Assembly (NCBI RefSeq): GCF_009914755.1
Contig: NC_060933.1
Origin: the human T2T-CHM13v2.0 reference genome, Homo sapiens
Length of the DNA: 64,000 bases
Strand: one strand, 5' to 3'
A model generated the notes under the pieces. The model was not told the origin of the DNA and did not search any database. It saw only the letters and a list, made by a program, of their open reading frames with translations. The translations under genes were made by a program, and so were the position numbers. Below, piece after piece: positions 1 to 13,100 of this stretch; position 1 is the stretch's first letter, and each line of letters starts with the position of its first letter.

Positions 1-339
1 AATGAAATGCAATGGATTCAACTCGATTGCAATGGAATGGAATAGAATGGAATGGAATGGACTGGAATGGAATGGAATTAACACGAATAGAATGGAATGG
101 AATTGAATGGAACGGAACGGAACGAATGGAATGGAATGGAATGGAATGGAATGGTATGGAATGGAATGGAATGGTACGGAATAGAATGGAATGGAACGAA
201 TTGTAATGGAATGGAATTGAATGGAATGGAATGGAATGCAATGGAATCAACGCGAGTGCAGGGGAAAGTAATGGAAAGGAATGCAATGGAATGGAATCAT
301 CCGGAATGGAATGGAATGGAATGGAATGGAATCAACCCG

Positions 340-2420
340 AGTGCAATGGAATGGAGTGAATGGAATGGAATGGAATTGAACAACCCGAATGGAATGGAAT
401 GTAATGGAGAGTAAGGGAGTTGAATAGAATCAATCCGAATGTAATGGAATGGAATGCAACGGAATTGAATGGAATGGAATGGAATGCAAAGGAATGGAAT
501 CAACCCGAGTGGAATGGTATGGAATGGAATGCAATGGAATGGAATGGAATGGAATCAACTCGAGTGGAAAGGAATGGAATGGAATGGAAAGGAATGGAAT
601 GAAATCATCTCGAGTGGAATGGAATGGAATGGAATCGATTGGAATGGATTGCAATGGAATGAAATGGAATGGAATGGAATGGAATCAATCATTCCGAGTG
701 GAATGGAAGGGAATGTAATGGAGTGGAAAGAAGGCAATGGAATCAACCCGGTTGGAAAGCATGGCAATGGAATGGAATGGAAAGGAATGGAATGGAATCA
801 ACTCGATTGCAATGGAATGGAATGGAATGGAATGGAAAGGAATGGAATTAACCGGAATAGAATGGAATGCAATGGAATGGAACGGAATGGAATGGAATGG
901 AAGGGAATGGTATCAACACGAGTGCAGGGGAATGGAATGGTAAGGAATGCAATTGAATGGAATCATCCGGAATGGAATGGAATGGAATGGAATCAACTCC
1001 ATTGCAATGCAATGGAATGGAATGGAATGGAATAGAATGGAATGGAATTAACCCGAATAGAATGGAATGCAATAGAATGGAATGGAACGGAACCGAATGG
1101 AGTGGAATGGAATGGAATGGAATCAACCTGAGTGCAGGGAAATGGAATGGAATGGAATGCAATGGAATGGAATCATCCGGAATGGAATGGAGTGGAATCA
1201 AATCGAGTGCAAAGGAATGGAGTGAAATGGAATGGAATGGAATGGAAACAACCAGAATGGATTGGAATATAATGGAGTGTAAGGGAATTGAATAGAATCA
1301 ATCTGAATGTAATGAAATGAAATGGAACGGAATGGAATTGAATGGAATGGAATCGAATGGAATGGAATGGAATGGAATCAACCCGAGTGCAATGGAATGG
1401 ATTCGAATGGAATGGAATGGAGTGGAATGGATTCAACCCGAATGGAATGGAAAGGAATGGAATCAACCCGAGTGGAATGGCATGGAATGGAATGGAATGG
1501 AATGGAATGGAATGGAATGGAATGGAATGGTTCGGAATAGAATGGATTGGAACAAAATGCAATGGAATGGAATGGAATGGAATGGAATGGAACGGAATGG
1601 AATGGAATCAATCGATTGCAATGGAATGGAATGGAATGGAATGGAACGGATTGGAATGGAATGGAATGGAATGGAATGGAATGGAATGAAATGGAATGGA
1701 ATGGAATGGAATCAACCCGAGTGCAGGGGAATGGAATGGAATGGAATGCAATGGAATGGAATGGAATGGAATGAAACGGAATGGAATGGAATGGAATGGA
1801 ATAAACCCGAGTGGAATGGCATGGAATGGAATGCAATGGAATGGAATGGAATGGAAACAACTCGAGTGGAAAGGAATGGAATGGAATGGAAAGGAATGGA
1901 ATGAAATCAACTCGAGTGGAATGGAATGGAATGGAATGGATTGGAATGGATTGCAATGGAATGAAATGGAATGGAATGGAATGGAATAAATCATTCCGAA
2001 TGGAATGGAAGGGAATGTAATGGAGTGGAAAGAAGGGAATGGAATCAACCCGAGTGGAATGCAAGGCAATGGAATGGAATGGAAAGGAATGGAAAGTAAT
2101 CAACTCGATTGCATTGGAATGGAATGGAATGGAATGGAATGGAATGGAAAGGAATGGAATGGAATGAAATGGAATGGAATGGAGTGCAATGGAATGGAAT
2201 CAACCCGAGTGCAATCGAATGGAATCGAATGGAATGGAATGCAATGGAATGGATTCAACTTGAATGGAATGGAAAGAACGGAATCAACACGAGTGGAATG
2301 GCATGGATTGGAATGGAATGGAATGGAATCAACCCGAGTACAGGGGAATGGAATGGAATGGAATGCAATGGAATGGAATCATCCGTAATGGAATGGAAAG
2401 GAATGGAATGGAATGGAATG
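340..2420 (+). repeat. ~2.1 kb satellite block, copy 1 of 4 (others ~4920-7030, ~29600-31730, ~40225-42360)
   Basis: Markers GAAATCATCTCGAG, GGTAAGGAATGCAATTG, CAACCAGAATGGATTGGAATATAAT, GGTTCGGAATAGAATGGATTGGAACAAAAT and GGAAAGTAATCAAC recur. Near-identical ORFs at 848/5462/30150/40774 and 2005/6629/31322/41951. Confidence 0.9.
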
Positions 2421-2614
2421 GAATGGAATCAACTCGATTGCAATCGAATGGAATGGAATGGAATTAACCCGAATAGAATGGAATGGAATGGATTGGAACG
2501 GAACGGAATGGAATGGAATGGAATGGAATGGAACGGAACGGAATGGAATGGAATGGAATGGAATGGAATCAACGCGAGTGCAGGGGAATGGAATGGAATG
2601 GAATGCAATGGAAT

Positions 2615-2629
2615 GGAATCTTCCGGAAT
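2615..2629. promoter_or_regulatory. Consensus heat-shock element (nGAAn-nTTCn-nGAAn), representative of about 50 copies in the window
   Basis: Sequence GGAAT CTTCC GGAAT. Further CTTCC cores at about 4043, 4871, 8388, 9246, 9341, 10189, 12017, 12292, 12985 and on to 63086. The motif match is exact; binding is not shown. Confidence 0.55.
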
Positions 2630-4659
2630 GGAATGGAATGGAATGGAATGGAATGGAATGGAATCAACCCGAGTGCAGGGGAATGGAATGGAATGGAAAG
2701 CAATGGAATGGAATCAACCGGAATGGAATGGAATGGAATGCAATGGAATGGAATGGAATGGAATCAACCCGAGTGCAATGGAACAGAGTGAAATGGAATG
2801 GAATGGAATGGAAACAACCAGAATGGATTGGAATATAATGGAGTGTAAGGGAATTGAATAGAATGAATCTGAATGTAATGAAATGGAATGGAACGGAACG
2901 GAATGGAATGGAATGGAATGGAATGGAATGCAATGGAATGGAATCAACCCGCGTGCAATCGAATGGAATTGAATGGAATGGAATGCAATGGAATGGATTC
3001 AACTTGAATGGAATGGAAAAAATGGAATCAACACGAGTGGAATGGCATGGATTGGAATGGAATGGAATAGAATCAACCCGAGTACAGGGGAATGGAATGG
3101 AATGGAATGCAATGGAATGGAATCATCCGTAATGGAATGGAAAGGAATGGAATGGAATGGAATGGAATGGAATGGAATGGAATGGAATCAACTCGATTGC
3201 AATCGAATGGAATGGAATGGAATTAACCCGAATAGAATGGAATGGAATGGAATGGAACGGAACGGAATGGAATGGAATGGAATGGAATGGAATGGAATGG
3301 AATGGAAAGGAAGGGAATGGAATGGAATAGAATGGAATGGAATGGAATCAACGCGAGTTCAGGGGAATGGAATGGAATGGAATGCAATGGAATGGAATCA
3401 TCCGGAATGGAATGGAATGGAATGGAATGGAATCAACTCGATTGGAATGGAATGGAAGGGAATGGAATGGAATGGAATGGAATTAACCCGAATAGAATGG
3501 AATGGAATGGAATGGAACGGAACGGAACAGAATGGAATGGAATGGAATGGAATGGAATGGAATGGAATGGAAACAACCCGACTGCAGGGGAATGGAATGG
3601 AATGGAATGCAATGGAATGGATTCAACTTAAATGGAATGAAAATAATGGAATCAACACGAGTGGAAGGGCATGGATTGGAATGGAATGGAATGGAATCAA
3701 TCCGAGTACAGGGGAATGGAATGGAATGGAATGCAATGGAATGGAATCATCCGTAATGGAATGGAAAGGAATGGAATGGAATGGAATGGAATGGAATGGC
3801 ATGGAATGGAATCAACTCTATTGCAATCGAATGGAATGGAATGGAATGGAATTAACCCGAATAGAATGGAATGGAATGGAATGGAACGGAACGGAACGGA
3901 ATGAAATGGATTTGAATGGAATGGAATGGAATGGAATGGAACGGAAAGGAATGGAATGGAATGGAATGGAATGGAATGGAATGGAATGGAATCAACGCGA
4001 GTGCAGGGGAATGGAATGGAATGGAATGCAATGGAATGGAATCTTCCGGAATGGAATGGAATGGAATGGAATGGAATGGAATGGAATAAACCCGAGTGCA
4101 ATGGAATGGAGTGGAATGGAATGGAATGGAATGGAACAACCCGAATGGAATGGAATGTAATGGAGAGTAAGGGAGTTGAATAGAATCAATCCGAATGTAA
4201 TGGAATGGAATGGAACGGAATGGAATTGAATGGAATGGAATGGAATGCAATGGAATGGAATCAACCCGAGTTCAATGGAATGGAGAGGAATGGAATGGAA
4301 TGGAATGGAAACTACCCGAATGGAATGGAATGTAATGGAGTGTAAGGGAATTGAATAGAATCAATCCGAATGTAATGGAATGGAATGGAACGGAATGGAA
4401 TGGAATGGAATGGAATGGAATGGAATGGAATGCAATGGAATGGAATCAACCCGAGTGCAATCGAATGGAATCGAATGGAATTGAATGCAATGGAATGGAT
4501 TCAACTTGAATGGAATGGAAAGAATGGAATCAACACGAGTGGAAGGGCATGGATTGGAATGGAATGGAATGGAATCAACCCGAGTACAGGGGAATGGAAT
4601 GGAATGGAATAAAATGGAATGGAATCATCCGTAATGGAATGGAAAGGAATGGAATGGAA

Positions 4660-7170
4660 TGAAATGGAATGGAATGGAATGGAATCAACTCGATTGCAAT
4701 TGAATGGAATGGAATTGAATTAACTCGAATAGAATGGAATGGAATGGAATGGAATGGAATGGAATGGAATGGAACGGAAAGGAAGGGAATGGAATGGAAT
4801 AGAATGGAATGGAATGGAATCAACGCGAGTGCAGGGGAATGGAATGGAATGGAATGCAATGGAATGGAATCTTCCGGAATGGAATGGAATGGAATGGAAT
4901 GGAATGGAATGGAATGGAATCAACCCGAGTGCAATGGAATGGAGTGGAATGGAATGGAATGGAATTGAACAACCCGAATGGAATGGAATGTAATGGAGAG
5001 TAAGGGTGTTGAATAGAATCAATCCGAATGTAATGGAATGGAATGCAACGGAATGGAATGGAATGGAATGGAATGGAATGGAAAGGAATGGAATGGAATG
5101 CAAAGGAATGGAATCAACCCGAGTGGAATGGTATGGAATGGAATGCAATGCAATGGAATGGAATGGAATCAACTCGAGTGGAAAGGAATGGAATGGAATG
5201 GAAAGGAATGCAATGAAATCATCTCGAGTGGAATGGAATGGAATGGAATCGATTGGAATGGATTGCAATGGAATGAAATGGAATGGAATGGAATGGAATC
5301 AATCATTCCGAGTGGAATGGAAGGGAATGTAATGGAGTGGAAAGAAGGCAATGGAATCAACCCGATTGGAATGCAAGGCAATGGAATGGAATGGAAAGGA
5401 ATGGAATGGAATCAACTCGATTGCAATGGAATGGAATGGAATGGAATGGAAAGGAATGGAATTAACCGGAATAGAATGGAATGCAATGGAATGGAACGGA
5501 ATGGAATGGAATGGAAGGGAATGGAATCAACACGAGTGCAGGGGAATGGAATGGTAAGGAATGCAATTGAATGGAATCATCCGGAATGGAATGGAATGGA
5601 ATGGAATCAACTCCATTGCAATGCAATGGAATGGAATGGAATGGAATAGAATGGAATGGAATTAACCCGAATAGAATGGAATGCAATAGAATGGAATGGA
5701 ACGGAACCGAATGGAGTGGAATGGAATGGAATGGAATCAACCTGAGTGCAGGGAAATGGAATGGAATGGAATGCAATGGAATGGAATCATCCGGAATGGA
5801 ATGGAATGGAATCAAATCGAGTGCAAAGGAATGGAGTGAAATGGAATGGAATGGAATGGAAACAACCAGAATGGATTGGAATATAATGGAGTGTAAGGGA
5901 ATTGAATAGAATCAATCTGAATGTAATGAAATGAAATGGAACGGAATGGAATTGAATGGAATGGAATCGAATGGAATGGAATGGAATGGAATCAACCCGA
6001 GTGCAATGGAATGGATTCGAATGGAATGGAATGGAGTGGAATGGATTCAACCCGAATGGAATGGAAAGGAAAGGAATCAACCCGAGTGGAATGGCATGGA
6101 ATGGAATGGAATGGAATGGAATGGAATGGAATGGAATGGAATGGAATGGTTCGGAATAGAATGGATTGGAACAAAATGCAATGGAATGGAATGGAATGGA
6201 ATGGAATGGAACGGAATGGAATGGAATCAATCGATTGCAATGGAATGGAATGGAATGGAATGGAACGGATTGGAATGGAATGGAATGGAATGGAATGGAA
6301 TGGAATGGAATGAAATGGAATGGAATGGAATGGAATCAACCCGAGTGCAGGGGAATGGAATGGAATGGAATGCAATGGAATGGAATGGAATGGAATGAAA
6401 CGGAATGGAATGGAATGGAATGGAATAAACCCGAGTGGAATGGCATGGAATGGAATGCAATGGAATGGAATGGAATGGAAACAACTCGAGTGGAAAGGAA
6501 TGGAATGGAATGGAAAGGAATGGAATGAAATCAACTCGAGTGGAATGGAATGGAATGGAATGGATTGGAATGGATTGCAATGGAATGAAATGGAATGGAA
6601 TGGAATGGAATAAATCATTCCGAGTGGAATGGAAGGGAATGTAATGGAGTGGAAAGAAGGGAATGGAATCAACCCGAGTGGAATGCAAGGCAATGGAATG
6701 GAATGGAAAGGAATGGAAAGTAATCAACTCGATTGCATTGGAATGGAATGGAATGGAATGGAATGGAATGGAAAGGAATGGAATGGAATGAAATGGAATG
6801 GAATGGAGTGCAATGGAATGGAATCAACCCGAGTGCAATCGAATGGAATCGAATGGAATGGAATGCAATGGAATGGATTCAACTTGAATGGAATGGAAAG
6901 AATGGAATCAACACGAGTGGAATGGCATGGATTGGAATGGAATGGAATGGAATCAACCCGAGTACAGGGGAATGGAATGGAATGGAATGCAATGGAATGG
7001 AATCATCCGTAATGGAATGGAAAGGAATGGAATGGAATGGAAAGGAATGGAATGGAATGGAATGGAATGGAATGGAATGGAATCAACTCGATTGCAATCG
7101 AATGGAATGGAATGGAATTAACACGAATAGAATTCAACGGAATGGAATGGAACGGAACGGAATGGAATGG
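4660..7170 (+). repeat. ~2.5 kb segment matching ~29345-31865 (offset ~24690); contains copy 2 of the 2.1 kb block
   Basis: GCAATTGAATGGAATGGAATTGAATTAACTCG at ~4696/29375, GTAAGGGTGTTG at ~5000/29683, and TAACACGAATAGAATTCAACGG at ~7119/31812. Confidence 0.88.
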
Positions 7171-7199
7171 AATGGAATGGAATGGAATGGAATGGAATG

Positions 7200-10100
7200 G
7201 AATGGAATGCCTTCAAACCGAATGGAGTGGAAAGGAATGGAATCAACACGAGTGGAATGGAATGGAATGGAATGGAATGGAATGGAATGGAATGGAATGA
7301 TACGGAATAGAATGGAATGGAACGAAATGGAATGGAATGGAATGGAATGGAATGGAATGGAATGGAATCGTTCCGAGTGGAATAGGAGGGAATGTATTCG
7401 AGTGGAATGCAAAGGAATGGAATCAACCAGAGTGGAATGGAAGGGAATGGAATGGAATGGAAACTAATAGAATGAAATCAACCCGAGTGGAATGGAATGG
7501 AAAGGACTGGAATGGAATGGAATGGAATGGAATTGAATGGAATCAACTCGATTGGAATGGAATGGAATGGAATGGAATAGAATTAACCCGAATACAGTGG
7601 AATGGAATGGAATGGAACGGAATGGAGTTGAATGGAATGGAATCAACCCGAGTGCAGGGGAATGGAATGGAATGGAATGCAATGGAATGGAATCATCCGG
7701 AATGGAATGGAATGGAATGGAATGCAAAGCAATGGAATCAACTCGATTGCAATGGAATGGAATGGAATGGAAAGGAATACATTGGAATCAACCCGAGTGG
7801 AATGGAATGGAAAGGACTGGAATGGAGTGGAATGGAATGGAATGGAATGGAATGGAATGGAATTAACCCGAATAGAATGGAATGGAATGGAATGGAACGG
7901 AACGGATCGGAATGGAATGGAATGGAATGGAATGGAATGGAATGGAATGGAATCAACCCAACTGCAGGGTAATGGAATGGAATGGAATGCAATGGAATGG
8001 ATTCAACTTGAATGGAATGGAAAGAATGGAATCAACACGAGTGGAAGGGCATGGATTGGAATGCAATGGAATGGAATCAACCCGAGTACAGGGGAATGGA
8101 ATGGAATGGAATGCAATGGAATGGAATCATCCGTAATGGAATGGAAAGGAATGGAATGGAATGGAATGGAATGGAATGGAATCAAGTCGATTGCAATCGA
8201 ATGGAATGGAATGGAATTAACCCGAATAGAATGGAATGGAATGGAATGGAACGGAACGGAACGGAATGGAATGGAATGGAATGGAATGGAACGGAAAGGA
8301 ATGGAATGGAATGGAATGGAATGGAATGGAATGGAATCAACGCGAGTGCAGGGGAATGGAATGGAATGGAATGCAATGGAATGGAATCTTCCGGAATGGA
8401 ATGGAATGGAATGGAATGGAATGGAATGGAATCAACCCGAATGCAATGGAATGGAGTGGAATGGAATGGAATGGAATGGAACAACCCGAATGGAATGGAA
8501 TGTAATAGAGAGTAAGGGAGTTGAATAGAATCAATCCGAATATAATGGAATGGAATGGAACGGAATGGAATTGAATGGAATGGAATGGAATGCAATGGAA
8601 TGGAATCAACCCGAGTGCAATGGAATGGAGAGGAATGGAATGGAATGGAATGGAAACTACCCGAATGGAATGGAATGTAATGGAGTGTAAGGGAATTGAA
8701 TAGAATCAATCCGAATGTAATGGAATGGAATGGAACGGAATGGAATGGAATGGAATGGAATGGAATGGAATGCAATGGAATGGAATCAACCCGAGTGCAA
8801 TCGAATGGAATCGAATGGAATGGAATGCAATGGAATGGATTCAACTTGAATGGAATGGAAAGAATGGAATCAACACGAGTGGAAGGGCATGGATTGGAAT
8901 GCAATGGAATGGAATCAACCCGAGTACAGGGGAATGGAATGGAATGGAATGCAATGGAATGGAATCATCCGTAATGGAATGGAAAGGAATGGAATGGAAT
9001 GGAATGGAATGGAATGGAATGGAATGGAATCAACACGATTGCAATCGAATGGAATGGAATCGAATTAACCCGTATAGAATGGAATGGAATGTAATGGAAC
9101 GGAACGGAACGGAACGGAACGGAATGGAATGGAATGGAATGGAAAGGAACGGAACGGAACGGAATGGAATGGAATGGAATGGAATGGAATGGAATCAACG
9201 CGAGTGCAGGGGAATGGAATGGAATGGAATGCAATGGAATGGAATCTTCCGGAATTCAAAGGAATGGAATGGAATGGAATGGAATGGAATCTACGCGAGT
9301 GCAGGAAAATGGAATGTAATGGAATGCAATGGAACGGAATCTTCCGGAATGGAATGGAATGGAATGGAATGGAATCAACCCGAATGCAATGCAATGGAGT
9401 GGAATGGAATGGAATGGAATGGAACAACCCGAATGGAATGGAATGTAATGGAGAGTAAGGGAGTTGAATAGAATCATTCCGAATGTAATGGAATGGAATG
9501 GAACGGAATGGAATTGAATGGAATGGAATGGAATGCAATGGAATGGAATCAACCCGAGTGCAATGGAATGGAGAGGAATGGAATGGAATCAAATGGAAAC
9601 TACCCGATTGGAATGGAATTTAATGGAGTGTAAGGGAATTGAATAGAATCAATCCGAATGTAATGGAATGGAACGGAATGGAATGGAATGGAATGGAATG
9701 GAATGGAATGGAATGGAATCAACCCGAGTGCAATCGAATGGAATCGAATGGAATGCAATGCAATGGAATGGATTCAACTTGAATGGAATGGAAAGAATGG
9801 AATCAACACGAGTGGAATGGCATGGATTAGAATGGAATGGAATGGAATCAACCCGAGTACAGGGGAATGGAATGGAATGGAATGCAATGGAATGGAATCA
9901 TCCGTAATGGAATGGAAAGGAATGGAATGGAATGGAATGGAATGGAATGGAATGGAATGGAATGGAATCAACTCGATTGAAATCGAATGGAATGGAATGG
10001 AATTAACCCAAATAGAATGCAATGGAATGGAATGGAACGGAACGGAATGGAATGGAATGGAATGGAATGGAATGGAATGGAATGGAACGGAACGGAACGG

Positions 10101-13100
10101 AACGGAATGGAATGGAATGGAATGGAATGGAATGGAATCAACGCGAGTGCAGGGGAATGGAAAGGAATGGAATGCAATGGAATGGAATCTTCCGGAATAG
10201 AATGGAATGGAATGGAATGAAATGCAATGGATTCAACTCGATTGCAATGGAATGGAATAGAATGGAATGGAATGGAATGGAATGGAATTAACCCGAATAG
10301 AATGGAATAGAATGGAATGGAAAGGAATGGAACGGAATGGAATGGAATGGAATGGAATGGAATGGAATGGAATGGTATGGAATGGAATGGAATGGTACGG
10401 AATAGAATGGAATGGACCGAATTGTAATGGAATGGATTTGAATGGAATGGAATGGAATGGAATGGAATCAAAGCGAGTGCAAGGGAATGTAATGGAACGG
10501 AATGCAATGGAATGGAATCATCCGGAATGGAATGGAATGGAATGGAATGGAATCAACCCGAGTGCAATGGAATGGAGTGGAATGGAATGGAAAGGAATGG
10601 AACAACCCGAATGGAATGGAATGTAATGGAGAGTAAGGGAGTTGAATAGAATCAATCCGAATGTAATGGAATGGAATGCAACGGAATGGAATGGAAAGGA
10701 ATGGAATGGAATGGAATGGAATGGATTGGAATGCAATGGAATGGAATCAACCCGAGTTCAATGGAATGGAATGGAATGGAATGGAATGGAATGGAATGGA
10801 ATGGAATGGAATGGAGTGGAATTGAATGGAATGGAATGCTTTCAAACCGAATGGAATGGAAAGGAATGGAATCAACACGAGTGGAATGGAATGGAATGGA
10901 AAGGAATGGAATGGAATGGAATGGTACGGAATAGAATGGAATGGAACGAAATGGAATGGAATGGAATGGAATGGAATAGAATCGTTCCGAGTGGAATAGG
11001 AGGGAATGTACTCGAGTGGAATGGAAAGGAATGGAATCAACCAGAGTGGAATGGAAGGGAATGGAATGGAATGGAAACTAATAGAATGGAATCAACCCGA
11101 GTGGAATGGAATGGAAAGGACTGGAATGGAATGGAATGGAATGGAATGGAATGGAATGGAATGGAATCAACTCGATTGTAATGGTTTGGAATGGAATGGA
11201 ATGGAATGGAATGGAATGGAATTAACCCGAATACAACGGAATGGAATGGAATGGAATGGAATGGAGTGGAATCGAATGGAATCAACCCGAGTGCAGGGGA
11301 ATGGAATGGAATGGAATGCAATGGAATGGAATCATCTGGAATGGAATGGAATGGAATGCAATGCAAAGCAATGGAATCAACTCGATTGCAATGGAATGGA
11401 ATGGAATGGAAAGGAATACATTGGAATCAACCCGAGTGGAATGGAATGGAAAGGACTGGAAAGGAGTGGAATGGAATGGAATGGAATGGAATGGAATGGA
11501 ATGGAATCAACTCGATTGGAATGGAATGGAATGGAATGGAATGGAATGGAATGGAATGGAATGGAATCAACCCGACTGAAGGGGAATGGAATGGAATGGA
11601 ATGCAATGGAATGGATTCAACTTGAATGGAATGGAAAGAATGGAATCAACACGAGTGGAATGGCATGGATTGGAATGGAATGGAATGGAATCAACCCGAG
11701 TACAGGGGAATGGAATGGAATGGAATGCAATGGAATGGAATCATCCGTAATGGAATGCAAAGGAATGGAATGGAATGGAATGGAATGGAATGGAATGGAA
11801 TGGAATCAACTCGATTGCAATGGAATGGAATGGAATGGAATTAAACCGAATAGAATGGAATGGAATGGAATGGAACGGAACGGAAGGGAATGGAATGGAA
11901 CGGAACGGAATGGAACGGAACGGAACGGAATGGAATGGAATGGAATGGAATGGAATGGAATGGAATCAACGCGAGTGCAGGGGAATGGAATGGAATGGAA
12001 TGCAATGGAATGGAATCTTCCGGAATGCAATGGAATGGAATGGAATGGAATGGAATGGAATGGAATGGAATGGAATCAACTCGATTGCAATCGAATGGAA
12101 TGGAATGGAATTAACCCGAATAGAATGGAATGGAATGGAATGGAACGGAAAGGAATGGAACGGAATGGAATGGAATGGAATGGAATGCAATGGAACGGAA
12201 AGGAATGGAATGGAACGGAATGGAATGGAATGGAATGGAATCAACGCGAGTGCAGGGGAATGGAATGTAATGGAATGCAATGGAATGGAATCTTCCGGAA
12301 TGGAATGGAATGGAATGGAATGGAATCAACCCGAGTGCAATGGAATGGAGTGGAATGGAATGGAATGGAATGGAACAACCCGAATGGAATGGAATGTAAT
12401 GGAGAGTAAGGGAGTTGAATAGAATCATTCCGAATGTAATGGAATGGAATGGAACGGAATGGAATTGAATGGAATGGAATGGAATGCAGTGGAATGGAAT
12501 CAACCCGAGTGCAATGGAATGGAGAGGAATGGAATGGAATCGAATGGAAACTACCCGAATGGAATGGAATGTAATGGAGTGTAAGGGAATTGAATAGAAT
12601 CAATCCGAATGGAATGGAATGGAATGGAATGGAATGGAATCAACCAGAGTGCAATCGAATGGAATCGAATGGAAAGCAATGCAATGGAATGGATTCAAGT
12701 TGAATGGAATGGAAAGAATGGAACCAACACGAGTGGAATGGCATGGATTGGAATGGAATGGAATGGAATCAACTCGATTGCAATCGAATGGAATGGAATG
12801 GAATTAACCCAAATAGAATGGAATGGAATGGAATGGAACGGAACGGAATGGAATGGAATGGAATGGAATGGAATGGAACGGAACGGAACGGAACGGAACG
12901 GAATGGAATGGAATGGAATGGAATGGAATGGAATCAACGCGTGTGCAGGGGAATGGAACGGAATGGAATGCAATGGAATGGAATCTTCCGGAATGGAATG
13001 GATTGGAATGGTATGAAATGCAATGGATTCAACTCGATTGCAATGGAATGGAATAGAATGGAATGGAATAGAATGGAATGGAATTAACCCGAATAGAATG

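Noticed and set aside
11006-12409. Long ORFs (467 aa here; 395 aa at 2973, 407 aa at 50636) and all other MEWNG / IPFHS ORFs
   Set aside because: (GGAAT)n has no stop codon in any of six frames and has an ATG every 5 bp. Overlapping ORFs occur in all frames, are low complexity and show no recognisable domain.
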